A stretch of DNA of 64,000 bases, taken from contig JAQBXK010000006.1 of NCBI GenBank assembly GCA_027625145.1, positions 24,260 to 88,259 of the forward strand, given 5' to 3'. Position 1 is the first letter of the stretch, and every line of letters starts with the position of its first letter. The position numbers and the translations under genes are program-made. The DNA is from Pseudomonadota bacterium. GTDB lineage: Bacteria; Pseudomonadota; Alphaproteobacteria; Puniceispirillales; Marisalimonadaceae. Below are positions 56,241-64,000 of this stretch, in pieces. The notes beneath the pieces were generated by a model. That model was given only the letters and a program-made list of their open reading frames with translations, was not told where the DNA came from and did not search any database.

Positions 56241-57467
56241 TTAATTTGAGTTATCAATCATTTTTTTTACTCTTAATCTTAGGGCATTTAATTTAATAAA
56301 TCCCTCTGCATCAGAATGATCATAGTCGGTAGCTCCTTCTTCAAAAGTAACTAGACTTTCGTTATAGAGCGAATGGGGAGATTTTCGTCCTGTAATGATA
56401 ACGTTGCCCTTGTATAATTTAACCCTTACAGTTCCCGAAACATTTTTTTGACTTTTATCAATTGCAGCTTGTAGCATTTCTCTTTCAGGAGAGAACCAGA
56501 ATCCATTATATACTAATTCTGCATATTTAGGCATTAACTCTTCTTTTAAGTGAGCTGCTCCTTTGTCAAGAGTGATGGATTCCATCGCTCTACGAGTGTG
56601 GTATAATATAGTACCTCCCGGTGTTTCGTAGACACCTCTTGATTTCATCCCAACAAATCTGTTTTCCACCAAGTCAACTCTTCCAATACCATTCTCTCCT
56701 CCTAAAATATTTAACTCATATAACAAGGAAGCTGGTGAAAGATGTTTGCCGTTTAGAGCAACAGGATCACCATCTTTAAAATCGATGGTAATTTCAGTAA
56801 CTTTATTGGGAGCATCAAATGGAGATTTTGTTCTTGAAAAAATATACTCTTCAGGTTCTATCCATGGATCTTCTAAAATTTTTCCTTCTGCTGAAACATG
56901 TAATAAGTTTGCATCTACGCTAAATGGTGCGTCGCCTCTTTTGTCTTTTGGAACGGGAATTTGATGTTTTTCTGCATAGGCTATTAAACTTGTCCTGCTG
57001 GATAAATTCCATTCTCTCCAGGGAGCAATAACTTTAACATTAGGTTTTAGGCTGTAGTAACCTATTTCAAACCTTACTTGATCATTGCCTTTTCCCGTTG
57101 CCCCATGAGAAACTGCATCTGCATTAGTTAAATTTGCTATTTCAATTTGTCGTTTTGCAATCAAAGGTCTTGCAATGGAAGTTCCTAGTAAATAAACGCC
57201 TTCATATAATGCATTGGCTCTAAACATAGGAAACACAAAATCTTTTACAAACTCTTCTTTTAAGTCATCTATAAAAATTTCTTTGACGCCTAACATTTGG
57301 GCTTTTTTCCTTGCAGGCTCAACTTCTTCACCCTGTCCAATATCAGCAGTAAAAGTTACTACTTCACATTTATATGTATCTTGAAGCCATTTTAAAATAA
57401 CAGAAGTGTCCAATCCTCCAGAATATGCTAAAACTACTTTTTTATAATTAGGAGTGTCATTCTTCAT
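56241..57467 (-). CDS. argG: Argininosuccinate synthase
   Basis: Motifs are [23 protein letters not shown] and a 408-aa type-I pattern. Confidence 0.95.
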   Translation of the reverse strand: MKNDTPNYKKVVLAYSGGLDTSVILKWLQDTYKCEVVTFTADIGQGEEVEPARKKAQMLGVKEIFIDDLKEEFVKDFVFPMFRANALYEGVYLLGTSIARPLIAKRQIEIANLTNADAVSHGATGKGNDQVRFEIGYYSLKPNVKVIAPWREWNLSSRTSLIAYAEKHQIPVPKDKRGDAPFSVDANLLHVSAEGKILEDPWIEPEEYIFSRTKSPFDAPNKVTEITIDFKDGDPVALNGKHLSPASLLYELNILGGENGIGRVDLVENRFVGMKSRGVYETPGGTILYHTRRAMESITLDKGAAHLKEELMPKYAELVYNGFWFSPEREMLQAAIDKSQKNVSGTVRVKLYKGNVIITGRKSPHSLYNESLVTFEEGATDYDHSDAEGFIKLNALRLRVKKMIDNSN

Positions 57468-57896
57468 TATTTTGCCCTTATAATATTTATTAACCTTAAG
57501 ATTAATTTATTAAATAGAATATAAATATATTGAAAGATATTATATATAAAATTTTAAAATTAGAAAAATAATTTTCTAATTTAATCATGCAATACTTTAA
57601 TATTGAATTTATAATACAAGTTATTATTTTTTATCATTCTTTAAGCTTTATTTATTTTAACATTAAATTGTTTAATTTTATTAAATAATGAATGAAAAAT
57701 TTTATGAAATTAATTTATTTTAATTTTGATATGTATATTTAAGAAAAAACTTATCCTTAACGGTTGTTACTTTCATCTTTTTTTGTTACGTTATTTTATA
57801 GTTTAAAAATTAATTTTTTAATCAAAATATTAATGGAACTCATCATATTTGATTTTAAATTTGTAATAAAAATATGTTAATAAAGAGAATGTTAAA

Positions 57897-58412
57897 GTGA
57901 TAAAATCTAAAAGAAATATTATATTATTATCGATACTTTGTTCTTCTATTTTATCATGTAATTCCTTTGCTAAAACAAAATTATTAGACACGCATAATTT
58001 TTGGAAAGCTTATGTGTCTGAAGTTAATAATAATAAAACATGTTTTATGACTTCAGAGCCAACTAATACTGTAGGAAAATTTGATAGAGGTAATCGTGAT
58101 AAGGCTTATGTTTTTGTTACAAACATAAAAGGTGGAACTAGTCATGAAGTATCTGTAAAAGCGGGATTTAACTTTAAAAGCAATCATGATGTAATTTTTG
58201 CCGTTGATAATAAAAAAACTAAACTATTCCCAGTTGATGATAGAGCATGGTCAGAAAGTTCAAAGGTAGATAGGTTATTAGTTCAATCTATGAGAAAAGG
58301 TAATAAACTAATTATTAGTGGTCAATCTTCTCCTGGAAATATAATTGTTGACACTTATTCATTATCTGGTTTTACAAAAGCATTACGCATTATTGATAAA
58401 GAATGTTTTTAA
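57897..58412 (+). CDS. Invasion-associated locus B (IalB)-like periplasmic protein
   Basis: It has a GTG start, a signal peptide and about 170 aa. The W...C...pattern resembles the alphaproteobacterial IalB family. This is a memory-based call. Confidence 0.55.
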   Translation: MIKSKRNIILLSILCSSILSCNSFAKTKLLDTHNFWKAYVSEVNNNKTCFMTSEPTNTVGKFDRGNRDKAYVFVTNIKGGTSHEVSVKAGFNFKSNHDVIFAVDNKKTKLFPVDDRAWSESSKVDRLLVQSMRKGNKLIISGQSSPGNIIVDTYSLSGFTKALRIIDKECF

Positions 58413-58440
58413 TGCATAATATTTAAGAAAGATAATAATA

Positions 58441-59538
58441 ATGACAAAACAAGATCTTCTAAATTTTAATATAGAAGAGTTACAACAATTTTGTATTTTA
58501 AATAACCTTCCAAAATTTAGAGCAACTCAAATCTGGAGATGGATGTATTGTTTTGGTTTTAACAAATTTAATGACATGAGTAATATTGCAAAAGGAACAA
58601 GAGATGCCTTGTCTGAAATAGCATATATATCACGTCCAGATATTTCGGAAATGAAAAAAAGCTCAGATGGTACTATTAAGTGGTTGCTTAAATTATCAGA
58701 TGGATCAGAAGTTGAAACTGTTTTTATTCCTCAAGAAGATAGAGGAACTGTTTGTTTGTCTAGTCAGGTAGGGTGCACTTTAAATTGTACCTTTTGTCAT
58801 ACAGGCACTCAAGCATTAGTTAGAAACTTAACGTCTAACGAAATTATTGGTCAACTTATGCTAGTTATGGACCATCTAAAAGATTGGCCTTCAGGCAAAA
58901 ATGATAGAAAAGTTACTAATATAGTAATGATGGGAATGGGAGAGCCCCTTTTAAATTATAATGAGGTTAGTAAAGCTATTAAAGTGATGATGTCAGATGA
59001 TGGCATATCTTTATCACGAAGAAGAATTACTCTTTCTACATCAGGTATAATTCCTAAAATAAGAGAAGCTGGAGAAGAATTAGGCGTTAATTTAGCTATT
59101 TCTCTTCATGCAGTTAATGATCAACTGAGAGATCAATTAGTGCCAATAAATAAAAAATATAATCTAAAAGCTCTAATTGAAGCTTGTCGGAATTATCCTC
59201 CATTATCTAACTCAAGAAGAATTACATGGGAATACGTTATGTTAAAGGGTGTTAATGATAGTAAAGAAGATGCTTTAGGATTAATCGATTTAATCAAAGG
59301 CATACCCTCTAAAGTTAATTTAATTCCATTTAATCCATGGCCAGGTTCGTTATTTGAAACTTCAACTAAAAAAAACATTGATGTGTTTGCATCAATATTA
59401 ATGGATGCAGGATACGCTTCTCCAATTAGAACTCCAAGAGGTAAAGATATTTATGCGGCTTGTGGGCAATTAAAGTCTTCTTCTGAAAAAATTAGAAAAT
59501 CTAATCTAAATAAACTAACTCCTATTTATTCAATTTAA
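58441..59538 (+). CDS. rlmN: 23S rRNA/tRNA adenine-C2 methyltransferase, radical SAM
   Basis: It has the radical SAM motif [18 protein letters not shown] and the C-terminal AACGQL. Confidence 0.93.
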   Translation: MTKQDLLNFNIEELQQFCILNNLPKFRATQIWRWMYCFGFNKFNDMSNIAKGTRDALSEIAYISRPDISEMKKSSDGTIKWLLKLSDGSEVETVFIPQEDRGTVCLSSQVGCTLNCTFCHTGTQALVRNLTSNEIIGQLMLVMDHLKDWPSGKNDRKVTNIVMMGMGEPLLNYNEVSKAIKVMMSDDGISLSRRRITLSTSGIIPKIREAGEELGVNLAISLHAVNDQLRDQLVPINKKYNLKALIEACRNYPPLSNSRRITWEYVMLKGVNDSKEDALGLIDLIKGIPSKVNLIPFNPWPGSLFETSTKKNIDVFASILMDAGYASPIRTPRGKDIYAACGQLKSSSEKIRKSNLNKLTPIYSI

Positions 59539-59653
59539 TAAATAAAATAAGTTTTAATATATATTAAATTTTTGTGAAACTATTGCTTTGATAGAATTTA
59601 AGTATTATATTATAGTATGTATATTACCAACAATTGATTTAAAGGAAAAATTT

Positions 59654-60382
59654 ATGAATAATAATCGTTTTATGTCAGGTGCAAATGCGCAAGCAACTCA
59701 AATAGATGTTGGCTTGAGAGCGTACATGCTTGGGGTTTATAATCATATGACAACAGCTCTAGCATTTACTGGATTAATGGCTATGGGTTTAAACTTTCTT
59801 GCAATATCTAATGGTGCTTTAACTCCTATTGGAGAGTTGTTTTTCTTAAGTCCATTAAAGTGGGTTATAATGTTAGCTCCGTTAGGAATGGTTTTTTATA
59901 TATCAGCAAGATTAAATAATATGTCAGCAGGAAAAGCTAGAAATATGTTTTATATATATGCTGGCTTAATGGGGTTATCTTTGTCATCTCTTTTATTGGT
60001 TTATACAGGAGAATCAGTAATTAGAGTGTTTTTTATTACTTCAGCTGCATTCGCTTCATTGTCTATATATGGATACACTACAAAGAAAAATTTATCAGCA
60101 TTTGGATCTTTTTTGATTATGGGTGTATTTGGAATAATGATTGCTTCGATAGTTAATATCTTTTTAGGCTCTGAAGGTCTGGCTTTTATCATTTCGATTT
60201 TAGGAGTTTTAATTTTTGCTGGTCTAACAGCTTATGACACACAAAAGATTAAAAACATGTATTTAGCTGGCGATGATATTGAGATATCTGGTAAGAAAAC
60301 AGTTATGGGAGCTTTAACCCTATATTTAGATTTAATATTGATGTTCCAGTTTTTATTAATGTTTTTAGGAAATAGAGAGTAA
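59654..60382 (+). CDS. BAX inhibitor-1/YccA-family membrane protein
   Basis: It has seven TM segments and the motif TAYDTQK. I chose ATG 59654 because an AAAGGA SD lies upstream. The track TTG extension is probably spurious. Confidence 0.8.
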   Translation: MNNNRFMSGANAQATQIDVGLRAYMLGVYNHMTTALAFTGLMAMGLNFLAISNGALTPIGELFFLSPLKWVIMLAPLGMVFYISARLNNMSAGKARNMFYIYAGLMGLSLSSLLLVYTGESVIRVFFITSAAFASLSIYGYTTKKNLSAFGSFLIMGVFGIMIASIVNIFLGSEGLAFIISILGVLIFAGLTAYDTQKIKNMYLAGDDIEISGKKTVMGALTLYLDLILMFQFLLMFLGNRE

Positions 60383-60405
60383 ACTTTATATTGATTTTAA
60401 TTATT

Positions 60406-60431
60406 AAGCCGCCTTCTGGCGGCTTTTTATT
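60406..60431 (+). terminator. Rho-independent terminator hairpin after the BI-1 gene, abutting the convergent gpx stop codon
   Basis: The hairpin is AAGCCGCC-ttct-GGCGGCTT followed by TTT. It is one of only two GC-rich hairpins I noticed in the window. Confidence 0.8.
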
Positions 60432-60996
60432 TAGAGGTAATTAAAAAATCAATAGCATTTGTAATTTTTTTGGAGTTTGGCTTTGTTACGCTCGAGTACC
60501 AAGAATGAACCTCACCTTCTTTATTAATTAAATACTTATAAAAATTCCATTTGGGAAAAGATAGAAGTCCTGATTGATTTGAGACCCATTTAAAAAAAGG
60601 ATGCCCATCTTTACCTTTAATATCTGTAATTTCCGTTAATAAAAAAGTTATATTAAAATTTGTTTTACAAAAATCATTAACTTTTTCATTTGATTTATAT
60701 TCCTGAGAACCAAAATTATTAGAAGGAACGCCTATAATAATTAAATTATTTTTTCCATATTTCTTATTTAATTCTTCAAGGTCATTGTATTGATTTGTAA
60801 ATCCACAAAGTGAAGCTGTGTTAACAATTAGCATTGGTTTTCCATAAAAATCTTTTAACTTTATTGTTTCACCTTGTATTGATGTAAAATTAAATTCGTG
60901 AGCATTAGGAAAAGCTTTGTTTTTCATGTTTACACCGTAAATTATAATAAATGATAAAATAAATTTCTTAAAAAATGAATGTCTCTTATTTGGCAT
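60427..60996 (-). CDS. gpx: Glutathione peroxidase (Cys type)
   Basis: Motifs are LIVNTASLCGFT, VPSNNFGSQE and WNFYKYLI. An alternative start at ATG 60927 would remove the N-terminal hydrophobic extension. Confidence 0.88.
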   Translation of the reverse strand: MPNKRHSFFKKFILSFIIIYGVNMKNKAFPNAHEFNFTSIQGETIKLKDFYGKPMLIVNTASLCGFTNQYNDLEELNKKYGKNNLIIIGVPSNNFGSQEYKSNEKVNDFCKTNFNITFLLTEITDIKGKDGHPFFKWVSNQSGLLSFPKWNFYKYLINKEGEVHSWYSSVTKPNSKKITNAIDFLITSK

Positions 60997-62101
60997 CTTC
61001 TATATTCCATATTGGATTTAATATATCTTCTAAGATTGAAGGCCCTATTGATTTAATCATTGTATTTCGAAACTTGCCAATTATATTATGTGAACCTAAA
61101 ACTTTACCTAAAAGAGAAGATTTTTGAGCAATGTATTTTTTTTGTTCATATCTGTTTTGTATAAATGAAAATATCATTTTCTCTATATCTTTATGTTCAA
61201 GTAATGTTCTTTTAATAAATGCTGCATCTTCAAGAACTTGATTGCCTGCTTGAGCAAGATGGGGAGATGTTGGGATAGATGCTTCTCCAACTAGTAATAC
61301 ACCGTTATTATGAATATTAGAGTATTCACCTTTATTTTTTATTGTTGAAACTGATTGCCATTCAATATCTTCAGGGATTAATAGTTTAAGTGTTTTGTTA
61401 TATATTGCTGGAGGCATAAGGCCTTCATCTTTAGGAATGAAAACATAATTTGTAGCTTTTTTAGATTTAATAATAGTTGGGTAAATTACAAAATGACCAT
61501 CTGGAGTCAATATAATCTGCATTATGCTTTTTGTAAGTTTATAAGGTTCATCTTTATATGAGATAGATCTATATACTTGTTTAAATTTGATACTATTGTC
61601 AGAGCCACAAACAAACTTCTTAGTTATCCCAAGTACCCCATCTGCCCCTATTATAAACTTAGATGTAATTAAATTCCCTTTATCATCTAATATTTTATTT
61701 AATTGATTATCTTGAATTATATATTTAACAGTTGATTTATTAATTTTAACTAAATTAGTTTTTCGAACTTTATCTTTTAAAAGGTTGATTATCCCATTTC
61801 TCTCTATAGAGCCGTATTGTCCTACTTCAGTGTTTGCATCATATGAACATAATAAATTTAATTCTTGCTTTAGGTTAATTGATATAATTTTAATAACATT
61901 AAAATTTTCTAATAAAGGCTTAGCTTTTTTAATATCTAATAATTGTGATAAGTAAGCCCAACCATTTGGTGAAATTTGCTGGGAACCAAAATTTTGGCCA
62001 TTACCTTCAAATAAAGTAACAGAAAAACCATTGTCAACAAATGCCGATACAGTGGCCCAGCCAGCTAAGCCTCCACCTATTATTGTGATTTGATTTTTCA
62101 T
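60986..62101 (-). CDS. FAD-dependent monooxygenase (UbiH/salicylate hydroxylase-like)
   Basis: It has the dinucleotide fold ITIIGGGLAGW, the DG motif IIGADG and the segment LVGEASIPTSPHLAQAGNQ. Confidence 0.65.
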   Translation of the reverse strand: MKNQITIIGGGLAGWATVSAFVDNGFSVTLFEGNGQNFGSQQISPNGWAYLSQLLDIKKAKPLLENFNVIKIISINLKQELNLLCSYDANTEVGQYGSIERNGIINLLKDKVRKTNLVKINKSTVKYIIQDNQLNKILDDKGNLITSKFIIGADGVLGITKKFVCGSDNSIKFKQVYRSISYKDEPYKLTKSIMQIILTPDGHFVIYPTIIKSKKATNYVFIPKDEGLMPPAIYNKTLKLLIPEDIEWQSVSTIKNKGEYSNIHNNGVLLVGEASIPTSPHLAQAGNQVLEDAAFIKRTLLEHKDIEKMIFSFIQNRYEQKKYIAQKSSLLGKVLGSHNIIGKFRNTMIKSIGPSILEDILNPIWNIEDAK

Positions 62102-62317
62102 TTATTTATGACTCATTCAATTAAATACAAAAAAAACTTTATTTTATAAAATATTAATTTGTGATTGTAACAATAATATATGAAGAATAATTTAAAATTA
62201 CTATTGATATTATATTATTATATAATATAAAATGAATTTTAACCATTGACCATTTTATCTAATTTCTATTCACTAGATAAACTTTTAACATTATAAATAT
62301 TTTAATTGGAAAATTAA

Positions 62318-63928
62318 ATGAATTTAGAGCTTAAGAAACAATTATCAGAAGTAGGAATTACAGATATAAACGAGATTATACATAATCCCTCATACCAATT
62401 ACTTTATAATGAAGAGAAAAATACACAATTAACTGGTTTTGAAAAAGTCCAGGATACTGAGTTTGGAGCTGTTAATGTTATGACAGGCATCTATACTGGA
62501 CGATCCCCTAAAGATAAATATATTCTCAAAGACCAAATAACTAAAGATAAATTATGGTGGACAAATGAAATATCAAAAAATGATAACAAACCTATAGATA
62601 TAAACGTTTGGACAGAACTTAAAGGCAAAGTAACAAATCAACTTTCTAATAAAAAATTATATATAGTAGACGCCTTCTGCGGAGCAAATAAAGACACCCG
62701 TTTGAAAGTTAGGTTTGTCATGGAAGTGGCTTGGCAGGCTCATTTTGTAAAAAATATGTTTATAAGGCCGTCTGATAAAGAATTAAAAGATTTTGTTCCA
62801 GATTTTCATGTATTAAATGGCTCAAAAACAAAAAATCAAGATTATAAAAAACATGGCTTAAATTCCGAAACTTTTATTGCGTTTAATTTAACAGATAAAA
62901 TTCAAATTATTGGAGGATCATGGTATGGTGGAGAGATGAAAAAGGGAATGTTCTCTGTAATGAACTATCTTCTCCCACAAAAAAATATCGCCTCAATGCA
63001 TTGTTCTGCTAATAAAGGTGTAGACGGATCCGTTGCTTTATTCTTTGGATTATCAGGCACAGGAAAAACAACTTTATCTACAGATCCACAAAGACAGTTA
63101 ATAGGTGATGATGAGCATGGATGGGATGATGAAGGCGTTTTTAATTATGAAGGTGGTTGTTATGCTAAGACAATTGATCTGGATATAAATAAAGAGCCTG
63201 GAATATTTAAAGCGATAAAAAAAGATGCTTTATTAGAAAACGTAACCGTCAATTCTGAAGGTATTGTAGATTATACTGATATTTCTGTTACTCAAAATAC
63301 AAGAGTGTCATATCCAATTTATCATATCGATAATATAGTTAAGCCAGTATCAAAAGGAAATCATGCATCAAAAGTTATTTTTTTAACTGCTGATGCTTTT
63401 GGGATATTACCTGCTGTTTCCAAATTATCATATGACCAAGCTGAATACCATTTTCTTTCCGGATTCACAGCAAAGTTAGCTGGAACGGAAAGGGGAGTAA
63501 CAGAGCCCCAGCCAGCATTTTCAGCTTGTTATGGTGCTGCCTTTTTAATGTTACATCCAACTGAATATTCAAATGTCTTATCAAAAAGAATGAAGGCAGC
63601 TAATTCAAAAGCTTTTCTAGTTAACACAGGTTGGAATGGTAAAGGTGATCGAATATCATTAAAAAATACGCGGTTGATTATAGATGCAATTTTAAATGAT
63701 GAATTAGATGATGTTGAAACACAAAAAATTCCTATTTTTAATTTAGATATTCCTTTAAAAGTTAAAAATGTACCTTCTGAATTGTTGAACCCAAGTAATA
63801 CATGGCGTTCTCACGAAGAATGGGAAGTTAAAGCAAAAGAATTAGCTCAGTTATTTATTAAAAATTTTGAAAAATTCTGTGATAATCAAAAAGGTCGTGA
63901 TTTACTTATTTCAGGGCCACAAATATAA
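62318..63928 (+). CDS. pckA: Phosphoenolpyruvate carboxykinase (ATP)
   Basis: It has the kinase-1a motif [19 protein letters not shown] and NTGWNG. It is 536 aa. Confidence 0.95.
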   Translation: MNLELKKQLSEVGITDINEIIHNPSYQLLYNEEKNTQLTGFEKVQDTEFGAVNVMTGIYTGRSPKDKYILKDQITKDKLWWTNEISKNDNKPIDINVWTELKGKVTNQLSNKKLYIVDAFCGANKDTRLKVRFVMEVAWQAHFVKNMFIRPSDKELKDFVPDFHVLNGSKTKNQDYKKHGLNSETFIAFNLTDKIQIIGGSWYGGEMKKGMFSVMNYLLPQKNIASMHCSANKGVDGSVALFFGLSGTGKTTLSTDPQRQLIGDDEHGWDDEGVFNYEGGCYAKTIDLDINKEPGIFKAIKKDALLENVTVNSEGIVDYTDISVTQNTRVSYPIYHIDNIVKPVSKGNHASKVIFLTADAFGILPAVSKLSYDQAEYHFLSGFTAKLAGTERGVTEPQPAFSACYGAAFLMLHPTEYSNVLSKRMKAANSKAFLVNTGWNGKGDRISLKNTRLIIDAILNDELDDVETQKIPIFNLDIPLKVKNVPSELLNPSNTWRSHEEWEVKAKELAQLFIKNFEKFCDNQKGRDLLISGPQI

Positions 63929-64000
63929 ATTTATTTTATTTACATTAAAAACAATTATTTTTTAATTTAAAAAATTGATTTTTAAAAATTTGTGGTATTA

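Noticed and set aside
60427-60996. I checked for possible selenocysteine recoding in the glutathione peroxidase and in FdhA.
   Set aside because: The gpx active site is encoded as Cys (NTASLCGFT) with no in-frame TGA. The FdhA Sec/Cys position lies in the N-terminal part outside the window, so nothing can be said about it.
62102-62317. The 216-bp spacer upstream of pckA holds short AT palindromes (for example TATTATATAATA). The 190-bp spacer upstream of dctP (17345-17534) holds a GTTAATTAAC palindrome.
   Set aside because: These are probably ordinary promoter regions. The palindromes are short and pure A/T or nearly so. I recognise no conserved riboswitch core or hairpin.
1-64000. I searched for CRISPR arrays, tandem repeats, rRNA and tRNA genes, insertion sequences, integrases, phage genes and known defence-system hallmarks (nucleases, STAND or SMC-like ATPases, reverse transcriptases, toxin-antitoxin pairs).
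   Set aside because: None was seen by eye. All long ORFs have metabolic, transport or housekeeping assignments, and the intergenic regions are short and unstructured. A computational repeat and tRNA scan was not possible here.

Overview
The window is a 64-kb, very AT-rich (roughly 30% G+C by eye), tightly packed bacterial chromosome segment. Gene content and synteny look alphaproteobacterial: argD-argF-hslO, an IalB-like gene and a methylmalonyl-CoA pathway. The packing style resembles streamlined marine lineages such as Pelagibacterales, but that is an inference and nothing was searched. I saw no rRNA, tRNA, CRISPR array, transposase, integrase or recognisable defence genes.

Layout:
1. 1-11.4 kb: a periplasmic, Wolinella/Campylobacter-type formate dehydrogenase (FDH) cluster, fdhA (5' end outside the window), fdhB and fdhC. 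It is interleaved with molybdenum/tungsten cofactor maturation genes (moeA, a mobA-mobB fusion, fdhD), two unusual regulators and several unassigned accessory genes.
2. 11.4-19.5 kb: an oxidative sugar / sugar-acid catabolic cluster with a TRAP transporter.
3. 19.5-25 kb: a NitT/TauT-type ABC importer, an Lrp regulator and a TupABC tungstate importer.
4. 25-35 kb: a mixed accessory block of hydrolases, three exporters, an oxidoreductase, a rhodanese, a CoA-transferase pair and others.
5. 35-64 kb: mostly core genes. These are acs, recX, argD/F/G, hslO, trkH, folE, a complete propionyl-CoA to succinyl-CoA pathway (epimerase, pccB, pccA, a B12-type mutase, prpE), rlmN, gpx and pckA.

The best candidate for something undescribed is the FDH island. 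Its accessory genes are a secreted seven-blade WD40 propeller fused to a mitochondrial-type cytochrome c, a tiny lipoprotein placed behind a strong terminator between fdhB and fdhC, an unannotated 42-aa membrane peptide, a PDZ-less S1 protease, a PF13759-like 2OG-Fe(II) oxygenase co-transcribed with fdhD and mobAB, and a split ModE-like / HTH-PBP regulator pair.

Secondary observations: two genes (pccB, dctQ) whose conserved N-termini can only be translated from non-ATG/GTG/TTG codons; an intra-operon hairpin after dctP; orphan ABC components; and one unusually long intergenic region.

All family calls come from reading motifs in the supplied translations by eye. No alignments or database searches were run.
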